Positions 1 to 13,934 of a stretch of 64,000 bases of DNA are shown here, piece by piece (position 1 is the stretch's first letter; the number at the start of each line of letters is the position of its first letter). Below the pieces are notes generated by a model. It made no database searches, had not been told where the DNA came from, and worked only from the letters and a program-made list of their open reading frames with translations. The position numbers and the translations under genes are program-made. Source of the stretch: Lytechinus pictus (lineage: Eukaryota); the NCBI RefSeq assembly GCF_037042905.1, contig NC_087263.1:8000001-8064000 (forward strand), given 5' to 3'.

Positions 1-105
1 AGCTATAGAAAGTTATTGGGTGTACAACACAATTGTTGACGACGACGCCGACACCGGAAATAGTGATACCTATGTCTCGCTCCGCTACGCAGGCGAGACA
101 AAAAA
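1..105. mobile_element. End of a Helentron/HINE-like element, same family as 17502-18494 (runs off the window)
   Basis: Near-identical to 18391-18494, including the tgtctcgc...gcgagaca hairpin followed by an A run. Confidence 0.7.
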
Positions 106-352
106 TGAAAGAATTATGATTTCATGTAATAACATAACAAAAGGGAAAGTGGGGATGTGACATCATCAGCCCATCTAATGAATATTCATGACGACGTGCA
201 TAAAACTGTTTTCAAATATATTGCTAACCATTAAAATTCATTAACTTTGCTATTTGTTATCAGATTATGATGGAATTTTCAGCATTTTGCTCTGAATGTT
301 ACTCTATTTATCAAGATATACTACTAGTATTTTCAGGCCGGAGCATCCCTTT
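106..352. mobile_element. Right part of a TTAA-type MITE, same family as 7924-8502
   Basis: Aligns by eye to 8275-8502; ends ...ggagcatccct. Confidence 0.65.
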
Positions 353-1338
353 TAGTGCATGAGAAATATCACATTGTGGTTTGCCCAAACATATTGTATG
401 CACTTTCTCTATTACTTGGGGAGCATTCTAGCAAGGAAATTCAAACTCTTCTGCTATTTGCACTAAACTTGCTTTGGAATATTCAAAGTTCATTGCATTT
501 TTTATTCACTGGTGTATGTAAGTAATATAAGATTTTTAAGGGGATGTTAACCTTGACATAAAGTTTGTTGTAAAAATACAAGAAAAATAGTAAAAATACC
601 GGTGAAGGTTTCAAGAAAATCCATTAAAGATTAAGAAAATTTGAGAATTATAATTTTTTGATTTGGCACATCATATTATGAAACTGCCCTCTATGTTTTG
701 TAATATAAAATGCATTTATTTCAATTTTGTGATGGTTTGTGACTATTTCTTTTCTTTCAAGAGCAGATGGAAATAACATTTCTGTTGATGTACTGAATAT
801 ACAATAAAAACGGTTTTCTTTTTTTTTTTTATTTCACCAATTTTTTAATACATGATATATCATGTTCAAGCTGCTTGCTTATGTCACAAACAAAATAATT
901 CAAATAAAAAAAAATAAATAAATCTTTGATGGATGTCCTCAAACCTTCACCAATATTTTTGTTTAATAGGCATTTCTCCAATACAGTAATGATTGGGGAA
1001 AAATGCAAAAATAACACCACCCCAAAATCAATTTAATGCTGCAAAAGTAAATTCCTCTACTTCAAAGTAACTAACTTTATTCAGATACCGGAGAAATATT
1101 TGTGGTGAAATTTCTTAGACCATGGCAATAAATACATCTTTCTCTATGGCAATAAATACAAAATGATTTAAAGTAATATGTACACATGTATCTAGAATAT
1201 ACAAACATTGCAAAAGTGAAAAAATAACAACTGTAAGTAATAGTGACTGACAACCGAAATGATATTTTTGTAACCAGATATATAAGGAACCTCGTGAATG
1301 TAGCTCTTTATGAGATTGTTTCATAATTTGTACATACT

Positions 1339-1471
1339 GGGCCCCGTAACACAAAGCATAATGATTGATCGTATGCTTGATTTTTATGATTGATTGTACA
1401 TTGCAGTCAATGCAATCAATCGTGAAAAAAATTATTCTACGATCGTTGCTAAGCTGTGTGTTACAGGCTCC
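1339..1471. mobile_element. Small hairpin MITE (Harbinger-like GGGCCC terminus)
   Basis: Imperfect TIRs gggccccgtaacaca / tgtgttacaggctcc. Confidence 0.5.
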
Positions 1472-1792
1472 AAACCTTGATATTCACTTAATTGTGGTCT
1501 AACGACGTGGTTTAACCATGGATAGCATATTGCAACGCATACATGCACAGTGCTTACCTCAAACAGTACAGGCTGAGCAATCAACTCATTTGACTCTCAA
1601 ATCATTCATATCTTTCAGGAAATACCAATTTTCCCTTGTTGCATGTCAGCGTTTTTGATACTATATTTTGGTAGAGCATGATGAAATACCTCCACAGCCA
1701 AAATTTGGTGGGAATCGGTATATGACCTCATGTATAAACCAAAATGGCTTTCCTTGTCATTGAACCATGGGGAAACAAAATACTAGTATTAA

Positions 1793-2280
1793 CCCTAAAT
1801 AGACTGGGCTATTTCGAGGCATAATAAGACGGGAGGGGGGGGGGTGTGGGTGTGGGTGCGATACAGCCCCCTTATGATCTCGACCGTCAATCACGCGATC
1901 ACGACAAAAATTGGCACGCGAGTTACCCATGGCATAATCTACAAACTATAAGATCAAATTCTGCGAAAACTCATCTATAGTTATGTGTAAAATCAAAAGT
2001 TTGCTCTAATTAAATAAATAATGCCCCTAAAATGCTAATTTTGGGTTTACAGACTCTTTATAGGAATCTGATCAAATGTACTCTTAACAAAATTCAACAT
2101 CACATCTATTTTCTTATGTATTTTATTGTTTTCTAAATTTCTTATGTATTTCCTTGCTATTCCAACTTGTTGTTTTTTATTGTTTCTTGAATGAAAATTG
2201 TCGGGGATTTTATATTGGCCATAAACAAGATGAAATTGATTGATTTTAATCAGTAAAAGGAATAATAATGATACATAGGG
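1793..2280. mobile_element. piggyBac-like MITE (TTAA|CCCTA...TAGGG|TTAA), deleted relative of 11498-12262
   Basis: TTAA flanks, CCC/GGG termini, internal sequence shared with 11700-12000. Confidence 0.65.
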
Positions 2281-2636
2281 TTAAACATAAAAAACATACA
2301 ATGTAAACATGATTTTGACAATTTCTGCTTCCCATAATTACACAACAGAGTTAGACCATGGTCTAAGGCAACATGTTATGAGAATCTGCTGCATGCTTTA
2401 GCAGGATCCCACTTTAAGGACGCAATGCATCTTTTTATTGCAGCTTTCCGACAGTCCAAATTGTTTTGTCAACGACGACTCTGATGATTTGCAAGCCGTT
2501 TTCTTAATTCCATTTCTTGAAATCAAGAATCGCTTTTTGGAATTCGACATCTTGATATTTTTTTCTCTGTTTGTGAACAAAATGCATTTCTTGATCTAAA
2601 ATTGCATTTCCCTGTCACACTTGGTAGGTGTTGTTA

Positions 2637-3301
2637 GGGCTGTTCATCAGTTACTAGCGACTTCACAAATGACTGGTAACTCTTTCTTAGGAGCTTAATC
2701 AACATCAATGAAATTCAGTTCACAAATAACCGCAAGATAGGATAACTAGTCGCTCGTAAAGTCGCACATAACATATGAACAGCTTTATGAAACACCCACC
2801 AGGGCCCTGTTGCTTTAAAGTTACTATTATGGTAACTTTGCCATCCAATGGTAACTACCATGGTAATGCTGATCACCAACCAATCAAAAACAAGGATTCC
2901 ATACAATTTACAGTTGGATGGCAAAGTTACCAAAATGTTAGCTTTTATGCAATGGGGCCCAGAACATTTTAGCTGGCCTATGACAACGTGCTGTACTTGT
3001 ACATGTGTCCAGCCGTTTTCTACTTTATATCCCATTTCTTGATATATCAAGCATTCCATTCTTGGAATTCATGAAATAAATACTGATTTTCACTGACAAT
3101 TTGTTATAATAAGCTACCTGGTGGGTGTTTCATAAAGCTGTTCGTAAGTTAAGAGCGACTTTAAGAACGACTGGTGATTCTTTCTTACGCGCAAAACCCT
3201 CGCCAATGAACGTTTTTGTGTATATTATTTACCCCAAGAAAGGATCACCAGTCTTTCTTAAAGTCGCTCTTAACTTACGAACAGCTTTATGAAACGGCCC
3301 C
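2637..3301. mobile_element. Cluster of three foldback MITEs (about 2637-2797, 2802-2960, 3123-3301)
   Basis: Long TIRs, e.g. tttcataaagctgttcgtaagttaagagcgactttaaga / tcttaaagtcgctcttaacttacgaacagctttatgaaa, and ggtaactttgccatccaa / ttggatggcaaagttacc. Confidence 0.7.
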
Positions 3302-4151
3302 CATAAATCCCTGTTTCTGATTGGCTAAGAGCAAAATGGTTAGTGATTATCACTGACTTATTTGTATCATGAAGATATTTGTCAGAGATTCTCAAAAACA
3401 GATGTAAAAAGCTACTGAAAATCCTTGTATCTGATTCGCTAAGAGCAAAAAAGTTAGTATTTATCACGAACTGTTTGTTTCATGAAGATTTTTTTTGTCA
3501 GAGATTCTCACCTACAGATATTAAAAGCGACTGCGTACTTGCCAATGTTTAGAAACTCAAAATCCAGTCAACCAATGGCAGGGGGCCCAGAGCCCCATGT
3601 AGGGGTCAAGAAGGCAGTTAGGCCTGAAATTGCTGTATGTTAGCAACTTTAATCCTAAGAAGCCCAAGCTATTTTAAGACGTATTGAGGACTTGGGAGCA
3701 TGAGTGGGTCTACGGTGATTGCCCACATTTTTTCTTTCTCAAATGAAATTTTAGTAATCAGGACATCCTGATTCTTGGCCAATCTGAAAGTTCTGTGAAA
3801 ATAAGACAATCCTGATGAAATCATGACAGTTGGTAGATCTGCAACTGGAAATCCTTGTATTTGATTGGGTGAGAGCTATTCATCATTGAAAAAACTTTTC
3901 ATGAAAAGCCCCCCAGTTGGATGGTAAGGAGCAAAATGGGCTTACACTTCCGTGCAGTTGACATCACGGATATCACGACCACATCTCATGTGCAAGAAAC
4001 AGCACCGAGGCTCATAATGGCTTCTTTTACAGAAGGAGTTGGCATGCCACAGAAACTGACCGTTAGCTGTTGACAAGTCCCTCAGATTAGCAGATGAAAC
4101 AGCAGAGCCTTGCATGAGGTAACCCCGACAGCAGCAGCATCATGTATTGGT

Positions 4152-4196
4152 TCAATACTCTGGTGGGTTCAAGATGAATAATCTGGTTTCTTCTTT
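4152..4196 (-). CDS. MON1: MON1 exon 13, coding part (KEETRLFILNPPEY*)
   Basis: aatttacag acceptor, TGA at 4154-4152; matches the conserved MON1 C-terminus. Confidence 0.93.
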   Translation of the reverse strand, partial: KEETRLFILNPPEY

Positions 4197-7100
4197 CTGT
4201 AAATTTAAATAACAATGAGAGATTTATAGAATATAACAAAAGAGTTAAAAGCTCCCTTGAAACCAAAAAGGCCCGAATTCACAAAGGTGGTTTTGAAAAC
4301 CTACGGTTGAGTCCATGGTTTATGCAGATTATCTGTATAAATTACGCTTATTTTACCACGTATGTAAAAAAAATGTCCAATGCTGATGCGCACTTTTGTC
4401 ACAGTGCACCATATTGACGCCTGTTGCCGTTGTTATCCACGCTATTTTATTCATGAGTCCACTATTTTGAATTAATGAGTCTACTCTTCAAACAGTGAAT
4501 AAAATAGCGTATATCACCATGGTAACAGGCGTCAATTTTTTGCACTGTGACAAAAGCGCGCATCAGCATTGGACATTTTTTAAGCACGCTCCCGATAAGC
4601 GCTAAATTAAGCACAATTTATACAGGAAATCTGCATAAACCATGGATTCAACCGTTGGTTTCAAGACCACCTTTTTGAATTCGGGCCAATATGTTAATAT
4701 AGTTGGTAAATAGCCACCGGGTCCTCACCCGCTAGATCTCATCTTAGTTCTTCTACAAGGTCGAGGAACATGTGTGCTATGAGTCATTGCAGTTCTACTA
4801 AGACATGGAAGACGTTGATCCATAATGTACTGCACTCAACCCAGGTGAGGTAAATGGTACCAGCAGGAAGTAATTCCTCAAAAAGCTGTGAGCACCGGAA
4901 TCGGTAGACTAGCTGACCAAGGGTAATATAAGAGTGCCTTGAGCCCCTCGCAAGGTGGATATGTGTGCTATACATATATGAAAATCGCAAAGTGAGTTCT
5001 TTGGAAAGTGGTCTACAAATGCTTTGTCTGCTTTCTGTTTTCATCCCACATAGTTTAAAGGTCAAGTCCACCCCGGAAAAATGTTGATTTGAATAAACAG
5101 AGAAAAATCAAACTAGCATAGTGCTGAAAATTTCATCGAAATCGGATGTAAAACAAGAAAGTTATAACATTTTAAAGTGTCACTTATTTTTCATAAAACA
5201 GTGATATGCACATCTCAGTGACATGCAAATGAGACAGTCGATGATGTCCATCACTCACTATTTCTTTTGTTTTTATTGTTTGAGTTATACAATACTTCAT
5301 TTCCTACAGATTTGACAATAAGGGCAAACTTGACAGAACCATATAGTATTAAACAATGCTAATTCCACATGTTCAGGGAGAAATCAATCATTGTTTCACT
5401 TGACAATGAGGAGAAAATTACAATACTTCATATTTCATGAGTGGATGATGTCATCAGTCTCCTCATTTGCATACCGACCAGGATGTGCATATAACTGTCA
5501 AGTGAAATTAAGCAAAACTTTAAAATGTCATGACTTTTTACTTGACTTCCGATTTTGATGAAATTTTCAGTGTTATGCTTGTTGGATTTTTCCCTTTTTA
5601 TTCAAATCAACTTTTTGTTGGGGTGGACTTGTCCTTCAATCTTAGTTCGTCTACCAATCAGTTTGGCTTCTAACCATTTAGTCTAATTGCCATTTTGCCA
5701 ATTTACTAATTTGTCCAATTTCAACTTAGTTGATATCAATTTTGTCTTTGATCCACTTTGCCTCACACCACCTACTAAGATTAGATGAACCATTTACAAA
5801 CTGAATTTTCATTTGACAAAGTGCAGATGAAGTGAAAATGAGACAACCTGGGCATTAGACTAAGTGGACATAATACCAGGAGCCCGTTTTACAAAGAGTT
5901 AGGATAGATTCGATCAATCGCGACTATGGACGGCCAGCAACGTCAACATCTAAAATGCATGTTAGTTAAAAATATTTTCTAGAAATGATGTATATTCATA
6001 GATTCAGTTTTCTTGACCATTCAATTTGCTTCTCTCTATTTTCAAAGGACATTAGCAAATTTCCTAAAGAAAAAAAATATGACATTGATGGATTTCCATA
6101 TACTTGAGATTGATCAGATCAATCGTAAGTCTGTTAGACGGGGCCCTGGCCTAGTGTTGTGTAGACCAATCGACCATTGGACCAAACTGATAGTAAACTA
6201 TAGCAGATTTTCAGATGCCAAATGCAACAAAAAAACTAAAAATATGGAGCGTTGTGGCCCAGAGGAATAGTCTTCTGACTTTGAAACAGAGGGTCGTGGG
6301 TTCAAATCCCAGCCAGGGCGTAATTTTCTTCGGCAAGAAACTTATCCACATTGTGCTGCAATTGACCCAGGTGAGGTAAATGGGTACCTGGCAGGAATTT
6401 ATTCCTTGACATGCCACCGCATTGTAAAAGGCAGCGGGGCTAAAGCCAGGGTAATAAAATCAAATTGAGCGCATAGGGATGCATTTGGCAGTGATATGCG
6501 CTATACAAGCATGCTGGTATTATTATTATTATCCCATTTAGGACATAAAGTGACCAGATTTTGTGTTTTAGGCCCTCAAAATAAGAATAATGAAAAAAAT
6601 CTGCATATACTGGCACATCCTCTAGAAACTTTTTGTCAAATCCAAAACTTGTTCTAAAGGAATAAAATCACTGAAATTCTTAAATTAGCAATGCAATGAA
6701 TTCATAAATACCTTGATCCATTTGAGTAGTTTATTGACGGCAAATATAGCAGCTTGTTTCGTTGTTAGAGGCCCAAAGATAGCAAACAATTCAAACCCTC
6801 CTGTTACCTGGATATTTAATATAAGAATGATTTGAAATGAATCAATAGAAGAAGATTTAAGTAGTTTCCACATGAAGTTCATGTCAATGATTTGTCCTTG
6901 GGGTTAAAATGGGTTAAAATTAAATCATAAGTTTATTTTAACGCTTTAAGAGCCATTGGCAGCTATGCGTGCCCTTAGCCCTCTAATGCCATTGGCACGT
7001 ATACGTGCCCAAGTAACTTTTTTTTGTTTAACCAATTTTACAGCCAGAAAATCAACACCATATTCTGTGTTTTTTATGTTGTTATACTGGCAATTAATTC

Positions 7101-10100
7101 AAAATTAATTTTATCATATAAAAAATAGTGGTTTACATAGACATTTTTTGAGTAAAATTGTATTTTTGCATCATTATTTTGAAGAGTTGATTTCGGATAT
7201 TGCCGCGATCTGAATCAAGATTTCCCCTATAGACACGTGTGATATAACGGTTGTGTGTAGCAATACACGTACTTCTATGGGCAGAGCAAAGGCGAATGTG
7301 CGAAGGCATTCAGCTCGGAATTGACCAATGACAGAGCGGTACAATGTTCCTCACCCAACACTACTCGCCCATTCGCTATTGTTATATGAATATTCATGAG
7401 CTATCGATCGGGTCTTTTGCAGGCCGGTATGGTAGTATTCTTGTGTTAAGGCTTTTTTTCTGCCTGCAAATGTGCACGGTTTGGGGGAGATTTTTTTTTT
7501 TTTGGGGGGGGGCGGGGGAAAGGTCTTATACTTTGTTTTTAGCATTCTCACAAAATTGTTCTCGTTATAAATATATGAGTAAAGAAGGCTGTCATTTCCA
7601 ATTCTCGTCTGCGCACTGCAATAATCACACTCATTATTTATTTATTGATTTATTGTTATTACTTTTATCATTATCATCATGAAGGAAACCTTCAATAACA
7701 AGCTTTGCTTTCCAGAAGGTTCCTATTTCATTTCAAAATGTTATATTATATTTTGCTTTACTTTGTAACTTTGTTGAAATTTTGGAATGAATAAATTCGT
7801 TGTCAATCAATCAATCAATCATTATTAGTATTACTATCATCATAATCATTATATCATTATTGCTATTGTAATTATTATTATCATCATTATTCTTCTCCTT
7901 CACCTTCTTCTTATTATTGTTAAAGGGATGGTCTGGGCTGAAAGTATTTAGAGTTTTATAAATAGAGCATAATTCACTGAGCAAAATACCGAAAGATTTC
8001 ATCAAAATCAGATAACAAATAACAAAGCTATTGAATTTTAAAGTTTAGCAATATTTTGTGAAAACAGTCGTCATGAATATTCATTAGGTGGGCTGATGAT
8101 GTCACATCTCCACTTTTTCTTTTGTATTTTATTATATGAAATTAGGTTTATTCAATTTTTTTCCTCCAAGCACTAGAAAAAATTAATTGACAACTAATTT
8201 AATGCATTAGATATTTATTGCGGCAACATCTTTCATTATAAGGGAGACATATTATTCACACAAGTATGAAATAATGAAATAATTATGATTTCATGTAATA
8301 ACATAAGAAAACGGAAAGTGGGGATGTGACATCATCAGCCCACCTAATGAATATTCATGACAATTCTTTTTCACAAAATATTACTAAATTTTAAATTTCA
8401 ATAACTTTATAATTTGTTATCCGATTTTGATGAAATTTTCGGCATTTTGCTCAGTGAATTCTACTCTATATATTAAGATATGAATATTTTCTTTTAATCC
8501 CTTTAATGTTATTGCCATCAGAGTCATCATCATTATGATTATTATTCAGAAATAATTGTTGTGATCCTATCAAAATTTTGCATTTCTTCTGCAGCCAAAC
8601 TCTCTCTTAATAACCTTAAGATCAGGTAAATAACGGGTCATATTCGTTTGTCTTTTATAACCCAAACCATTTTAAAAGAAATGATTGACATTGTTATGCT
8701 AAATCAGTATCATATTTAAACTTCTCACAAAAATGTGAATCGTTCAATATTCTCCTCGAATAAAATAGGAAGAAGCAAAAAATGTGATAATTAAAACTTC
8801 CGATAATAACGCTTTATTCCTCTAAAGATGTATCTCTTTTTCCAAAGTGGATGTTTTTCCTTTGCTAAATCCAACCATTGATAATAGAAAATGTAAACGG
8901 AGTATGTACAGCAATATCAGATGTTTTGAGGAAAAGAAAGAAAGGGATATGGCGGGACAGCTGCCAGTTACATTAACAAAACCGATCAGACCGACCTGTT
9001 AGTTGCTGCATTGACTTTACTATCAAGGAGATTTTAGAACGACTTAGAGAGTAGAAATGAAAATGATGACGGTAACGGGTTGAATATTACATTTCTTATA
9101 TATTGTGCATTATGTTATCTGAACAAATTATTCTTTTTTTACCACGGATAGTGCTACGAGCTGGGGAGACCCTAGGTGGATGCCGGATTTTTATGTAGGG
9201 GGGGGGGGGGGCTAATTGGTTTCTTTTAACCTGGGTCACCCACAAAAAAGTAAAATGTAAAAAGAAATAAATATCGAAACCTTTGAAAGTATTGAATAGC
9301 CAAATCAAAAGACGTGTGTGAGCCCCGATTTCTATGAACATCCTGTGCTAAATTGCTCTCCTAGACAATAGGTCAGGAGGGAGCGCGGATTAGAGATTCC
9401 TCATGAAAAAGAGTCTGGGCATCTATTGTTCATGACTTGGTGGAATGAACAAAATAATGTAGTCGCGGAGAATGTTAACAGGTGGCTACTTTGATCAGAC
9501 CAGTAATACAAATCAAATAGGCCTATTTTCTTTTTAAAAATTGGTATTGATTTTTTGTGTGTAACTGATCTGCATATCCTCTTCTTTGATACACGAAAAA
9601 TAAACGTTTTTTTTTTCTTGCTTTTTTGCACTTTGCAAAGAACGCCCATATCATTTTGTGGGATTTTATACCCCAAACTTGTTAGTACTGAATCTGTCCG
9701 ATCCCTCTTTATCTATATTTTGATATATCATCTTTAATTTTATATTTTGTCTCCTTCTGACTGGCAATAACTTTGTTTGTTACACTACAAATAAAAAAAA
9801 ACACAGGGTCTTATTTTGAAGACTACACGAATGAAAGGGTACGGTTGGCCACACTTTGAAGATACACGGTTCTGATATATTATTGTGTGTGTTCGTGTGG
9901 GGATCGCAGCTGTTCTGTGATTGGTCACTTGATCAAAGACAATGCCCTTTTTTGGAATAGGTCGCTTTCAATTGTGTGTGTATTCTTCAGAGGAAGCAAC
10001 TTAAATAGCAAAATAGTATTTCATTCAACAGCGCATTATTTTTTGTTATTTCTGTTCGTTCAATTTCATCAATATCTACGTCATTTAAAAGGGTAAACAT

Positions 10101-13100
10101 TGAACTTTCATTTTATCTTCTTAATTTCTTGGTATCTCTACAATTCTTCAAGTTATTTGCTCGTTGAAATGTTCATGAAATTATAATTTCTAGGTTTTAC
10201 TTATTGAAAAAAAAAACAATGTAAAATAATACATTTTTTCTCATTTTCTTAAAACGCGAATAAGAAAGATAATAACACGATCATAAAGTCCATGAACCAT
10301 GCACCATTTCATGTGTAGAAGGTTTCATTATACAATGTACGGGTAAAGAGTTATGACCGTTTTAAAATCAGTCTCTGCTTACGTTTCGGTCAATTTAGGA
10401 TTCCCTCGAATACCCCTGGCAGTCAATGGGTATTCGTATTGGCACAGTAAGAGTTAAGCAGTAATTCTGCTTCTTGAAGTTGAAAAGTTAAATGAAAGAC
10501 TAGATACATGGACTGCCTAAATGTTTCATCGAGATTACATGGTGGAAAAATCTCTTGCTTGTGTGAAGTCATTGCTTCAAACCTTCTTTCTAATTAATGG
10601 AAGCTCTCACTTACTTTCTTCTTCATTCAATCAATTAAGTGTGAAGTCTGATATTAAAAAAATTGACAAGTACTATTGTGGCTGGGCTGGTAAAACCTCG
10701 TATCTCAAAATTTAAATACTTTGATTGACTGTGTGGTGTGGATGTGTTTGTTTTGTTTTTGCTTTGTTACTCTGTTTAAATGCTTTTTTTTATCATCTTC
10801 TTTGTGTACACAATCTACTAAATTTTTGTTCCTGGGGGGAACATTTAACCCACAAGCTTCGCTTTTTAGTTCCCCCCTTTTTCCTCATCTACTATATTAT
10901 TGTACATGAATTACGGAATGCATGTGTTGTAAATATGAATTTGATTTTTTACTGATATGGAAATTAAGACATTGAATTGAATTACTTTTATGACAGCTCA
11001 GAATAAGCTTGAGTTTAGAGTTATAACATGGAAAGCAACCTTCTTTTGCCTTGAAAGAATTCTTCACAGGTATCAGGAGGCTGATGTCAGTATGAGAATG
11101 CCACCATTACTACATTTTTAAAATACAGCCTTTTTTACGCTGCCCTCAAAATTTTTAAATTTTGAGATTCGATATACAGACCACCGATGATATATAATTT
11201 TAAAGCTTATAATGTGCTTTCCAAGATCCATGAATATCTTAACATTAGTTTTGGGTGACTGATTGTTGGATTAGGGGAGTCAGGTCACATATTTAAACAT
11301 CCCTTCATTAGATACTCACCCATCCTAGAACAGCTTCTTTCGATCCCACAGTAAACATGATTTTGAGTGGTCTAGCTGGACTGTGAATCCGTTGATGAGT
11401 GTATTGGTATAAAGATAATAACCTACAAAAGATATCAAAGTTATAATAGAAATTAGGGAATATAAAGATAATAACCTATACAAATATCCAATTTTAACCC
11501 TAAATCTCCCGGGGTATTTTGATTCTTGTCATTACCGGGGGGGGGGGGCCATTATGGCCCCCCCCCTAAGATCTCGGCCGCCGATCGCGCGAGCGACGCA
11601 AAAATTTGCATGCTGGTAGTGTACGATGTAATCTACAAGGCTGTGTGGTAAAATTTTCCAAAATATTGAGATTTTATTTTATATGAATTAATTATGCTAA
11701 TTTATGCATAAATCATTCTTTTTGCTTTAATTCACTAAATAAAGCTCCTAGAATGCTAATTTTTGGTAAAAATATTCTTTGTAGTATTGTTAACAATCGC
11801 AATAAAAAAAAATTCGGTTTGGAAATCAATTTCTTATGTATTTTATTGTTTTATGAATTTCTTATGTATTTCTTTGTTTTTTTACTTTTTGTTTTTTATT
11901 GTTTTTTCAATGGAAATTGTTCCAGACTTAATTCTGATCATAAACAAGACAAAATTAATTAAGTTTAATCAGTAAAAGTAGAAATAATGATATATTTATA
12001 AATTTTGGCTAAATACACAATTTGTATTGGATTTGTACATGAAATCACGTTTATGAGCAATTTTGGGTCTGACATGCACTTACATAATGTTGCGTAATGT
12101 CGGAACCGCGTACCCGGGCGTCATAAATTTGGTCTCAAAATTTGCGCGAGACTTGAAAGTAAAAAGTCAGTAAGCGGCGAGGTCAAAAAAATTTGCGCAG
12201 CGGATATATCGCGAAAATTGTCGAGGGGGGGGCCATTATGGCCCCCCCCGGGAGAATTAGGGTTAAATAAAATATGATAATGCAAATAAAACCAGCAAAA
12301 GTAAAAATAATCATACATTTGGGATTTTTGGTTGAAAACACAATGTGCATTGACTTTGTAACAAAATTACGTATCTGAGCAATTTTGGGTCTTGACATGC
12401 ACTTAAATGTTGCTTATTTTTGGAACCATGTACTCGAGGGTTGCAAATTTGGTTCAAAACATGCACAAGACGTGAAACTAAAAGGTCAGTGTGTGGTACA
12501 GTAAATAAAATGCATATGGCAGTAGTCACAAATTTGTTGAGGTGAACAAAAACATATTTCCTTACATAGTATCCAAGAAAGTATCATATTTCAAAATTTC
12601 CCTCTCCATGTCTTTCTTTTTCTTTTTCCTTCTTAGTCATGATGGGGGGGGGGGGGGCATGGACCCCTAAAGTCCCCCCCCACCCCAACATCTGTACAAC
12701 AGTGCATTGATGAATACGCAGTAAGTGAGCATCCTCTGAGCATGGTATCGCCAATACACTGATGAGTTATATATTGTACACATATGAGAATGTAAAAGTG
12801 AATTTAAAACAAACTTTAATCTTTGTGAAACACCACCCCCCCTGATAAAAATCATACCTGTCTCTCTCATCCGGTTGATTGTAAGGGGCGTCTAGTTCAG
12901 GAGCAGCATACTGAGCCGTGCTTCGGACCTTGTACAGGAAATGACGAAGGTCGCCGATTCCGACCTCTTGACATCGGAAGCTGCCCTTTGACACGGCTCG
13001 TTGAATGGCAGCTATACAGTTGTTCTTTTGTAATCTCTGTAAATGGCAAGATAAAGTGAGGAAGAACAATGTGATAAAACTTGATAAACCTACAATATCA

Positions 13101-13805
13101 TTGTGATGTTCAAAAAAATATTTGAATGCTTTCTTAACTAGAAAGGAAGACTTTCGAGTTATAGTTTATCAAGTTTTTACTTTCCCAGCATCTATATGAC
13201 TCCTTATCCTATATTTGTATACTGGTATGTTGTTTATTTATATCTTAGATTATGCCATTTAAGATAATAATGATCATTTGCAGCCAATAATTTCCATCTA
13301 TATCCTCAATTGAAAAGAAAACAGCTTTCAATACTACTATAATTTCTTTCCTCCTTCTAAATCTCCTACATATTCCTTTTCTCCCACCCCTTTCCTTATT
13401 CCTCTTCTTTCGCTCCCCCTCCTTCTTCTTTGTCTTCTCTTTCTCTTCTTCTAACCCCCTCCTCCTTTTACCTGTTCTTTTTGCTCTTCTCTTACCCCCC
13501 CTTCCTCTGCCTCCAGGGAATAATTTTGCTTTACAAATTTGAATAGCATTATTTGGTCAATATAGAAAAGCTCTCAACTATAAAGTAATGTTTACAGTAC
13601 AGTCCTATGTAAAAATATTCTATAAAAAAGACTTTATGCATAGCAGTCTTTCCAAAATGTGAGCAAATTGCGATGTGATACCAGGAAAATTATTCCCTGA
13701 CCTCCCTCTGCCAAACCCTAAATGCACTGTACTACAACCACCACCACCACCACCACCACCACCACCACCACCACCACCACCACCACCACCACCACCACCA
13801 CCACC

Positions 13806-13849
<44 letters not shown>

Positions 13850-13876
13850 CACTACCACTACCACTACCACTACTAT

Positions 13877-13934
<58 letters not shown>

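Noticed and set aside
2398..2580. 60-aa minus-strand ORF downstream of MON1
   Set aside because: No recognisable domain, TTG start and no convincing splice context.
4140..4154. Stop-codon readthrough or selenocysteine at the MON1 TGA
   Set aside because: Another TGA follows three codons later, and the C-terminus already matches the family.
6246..6320. tRNA gene (also 36815-36888)
   Set aside because: Degenerate cloverleaf followed by a SINE core and (tat)n tail, so a SINE head.
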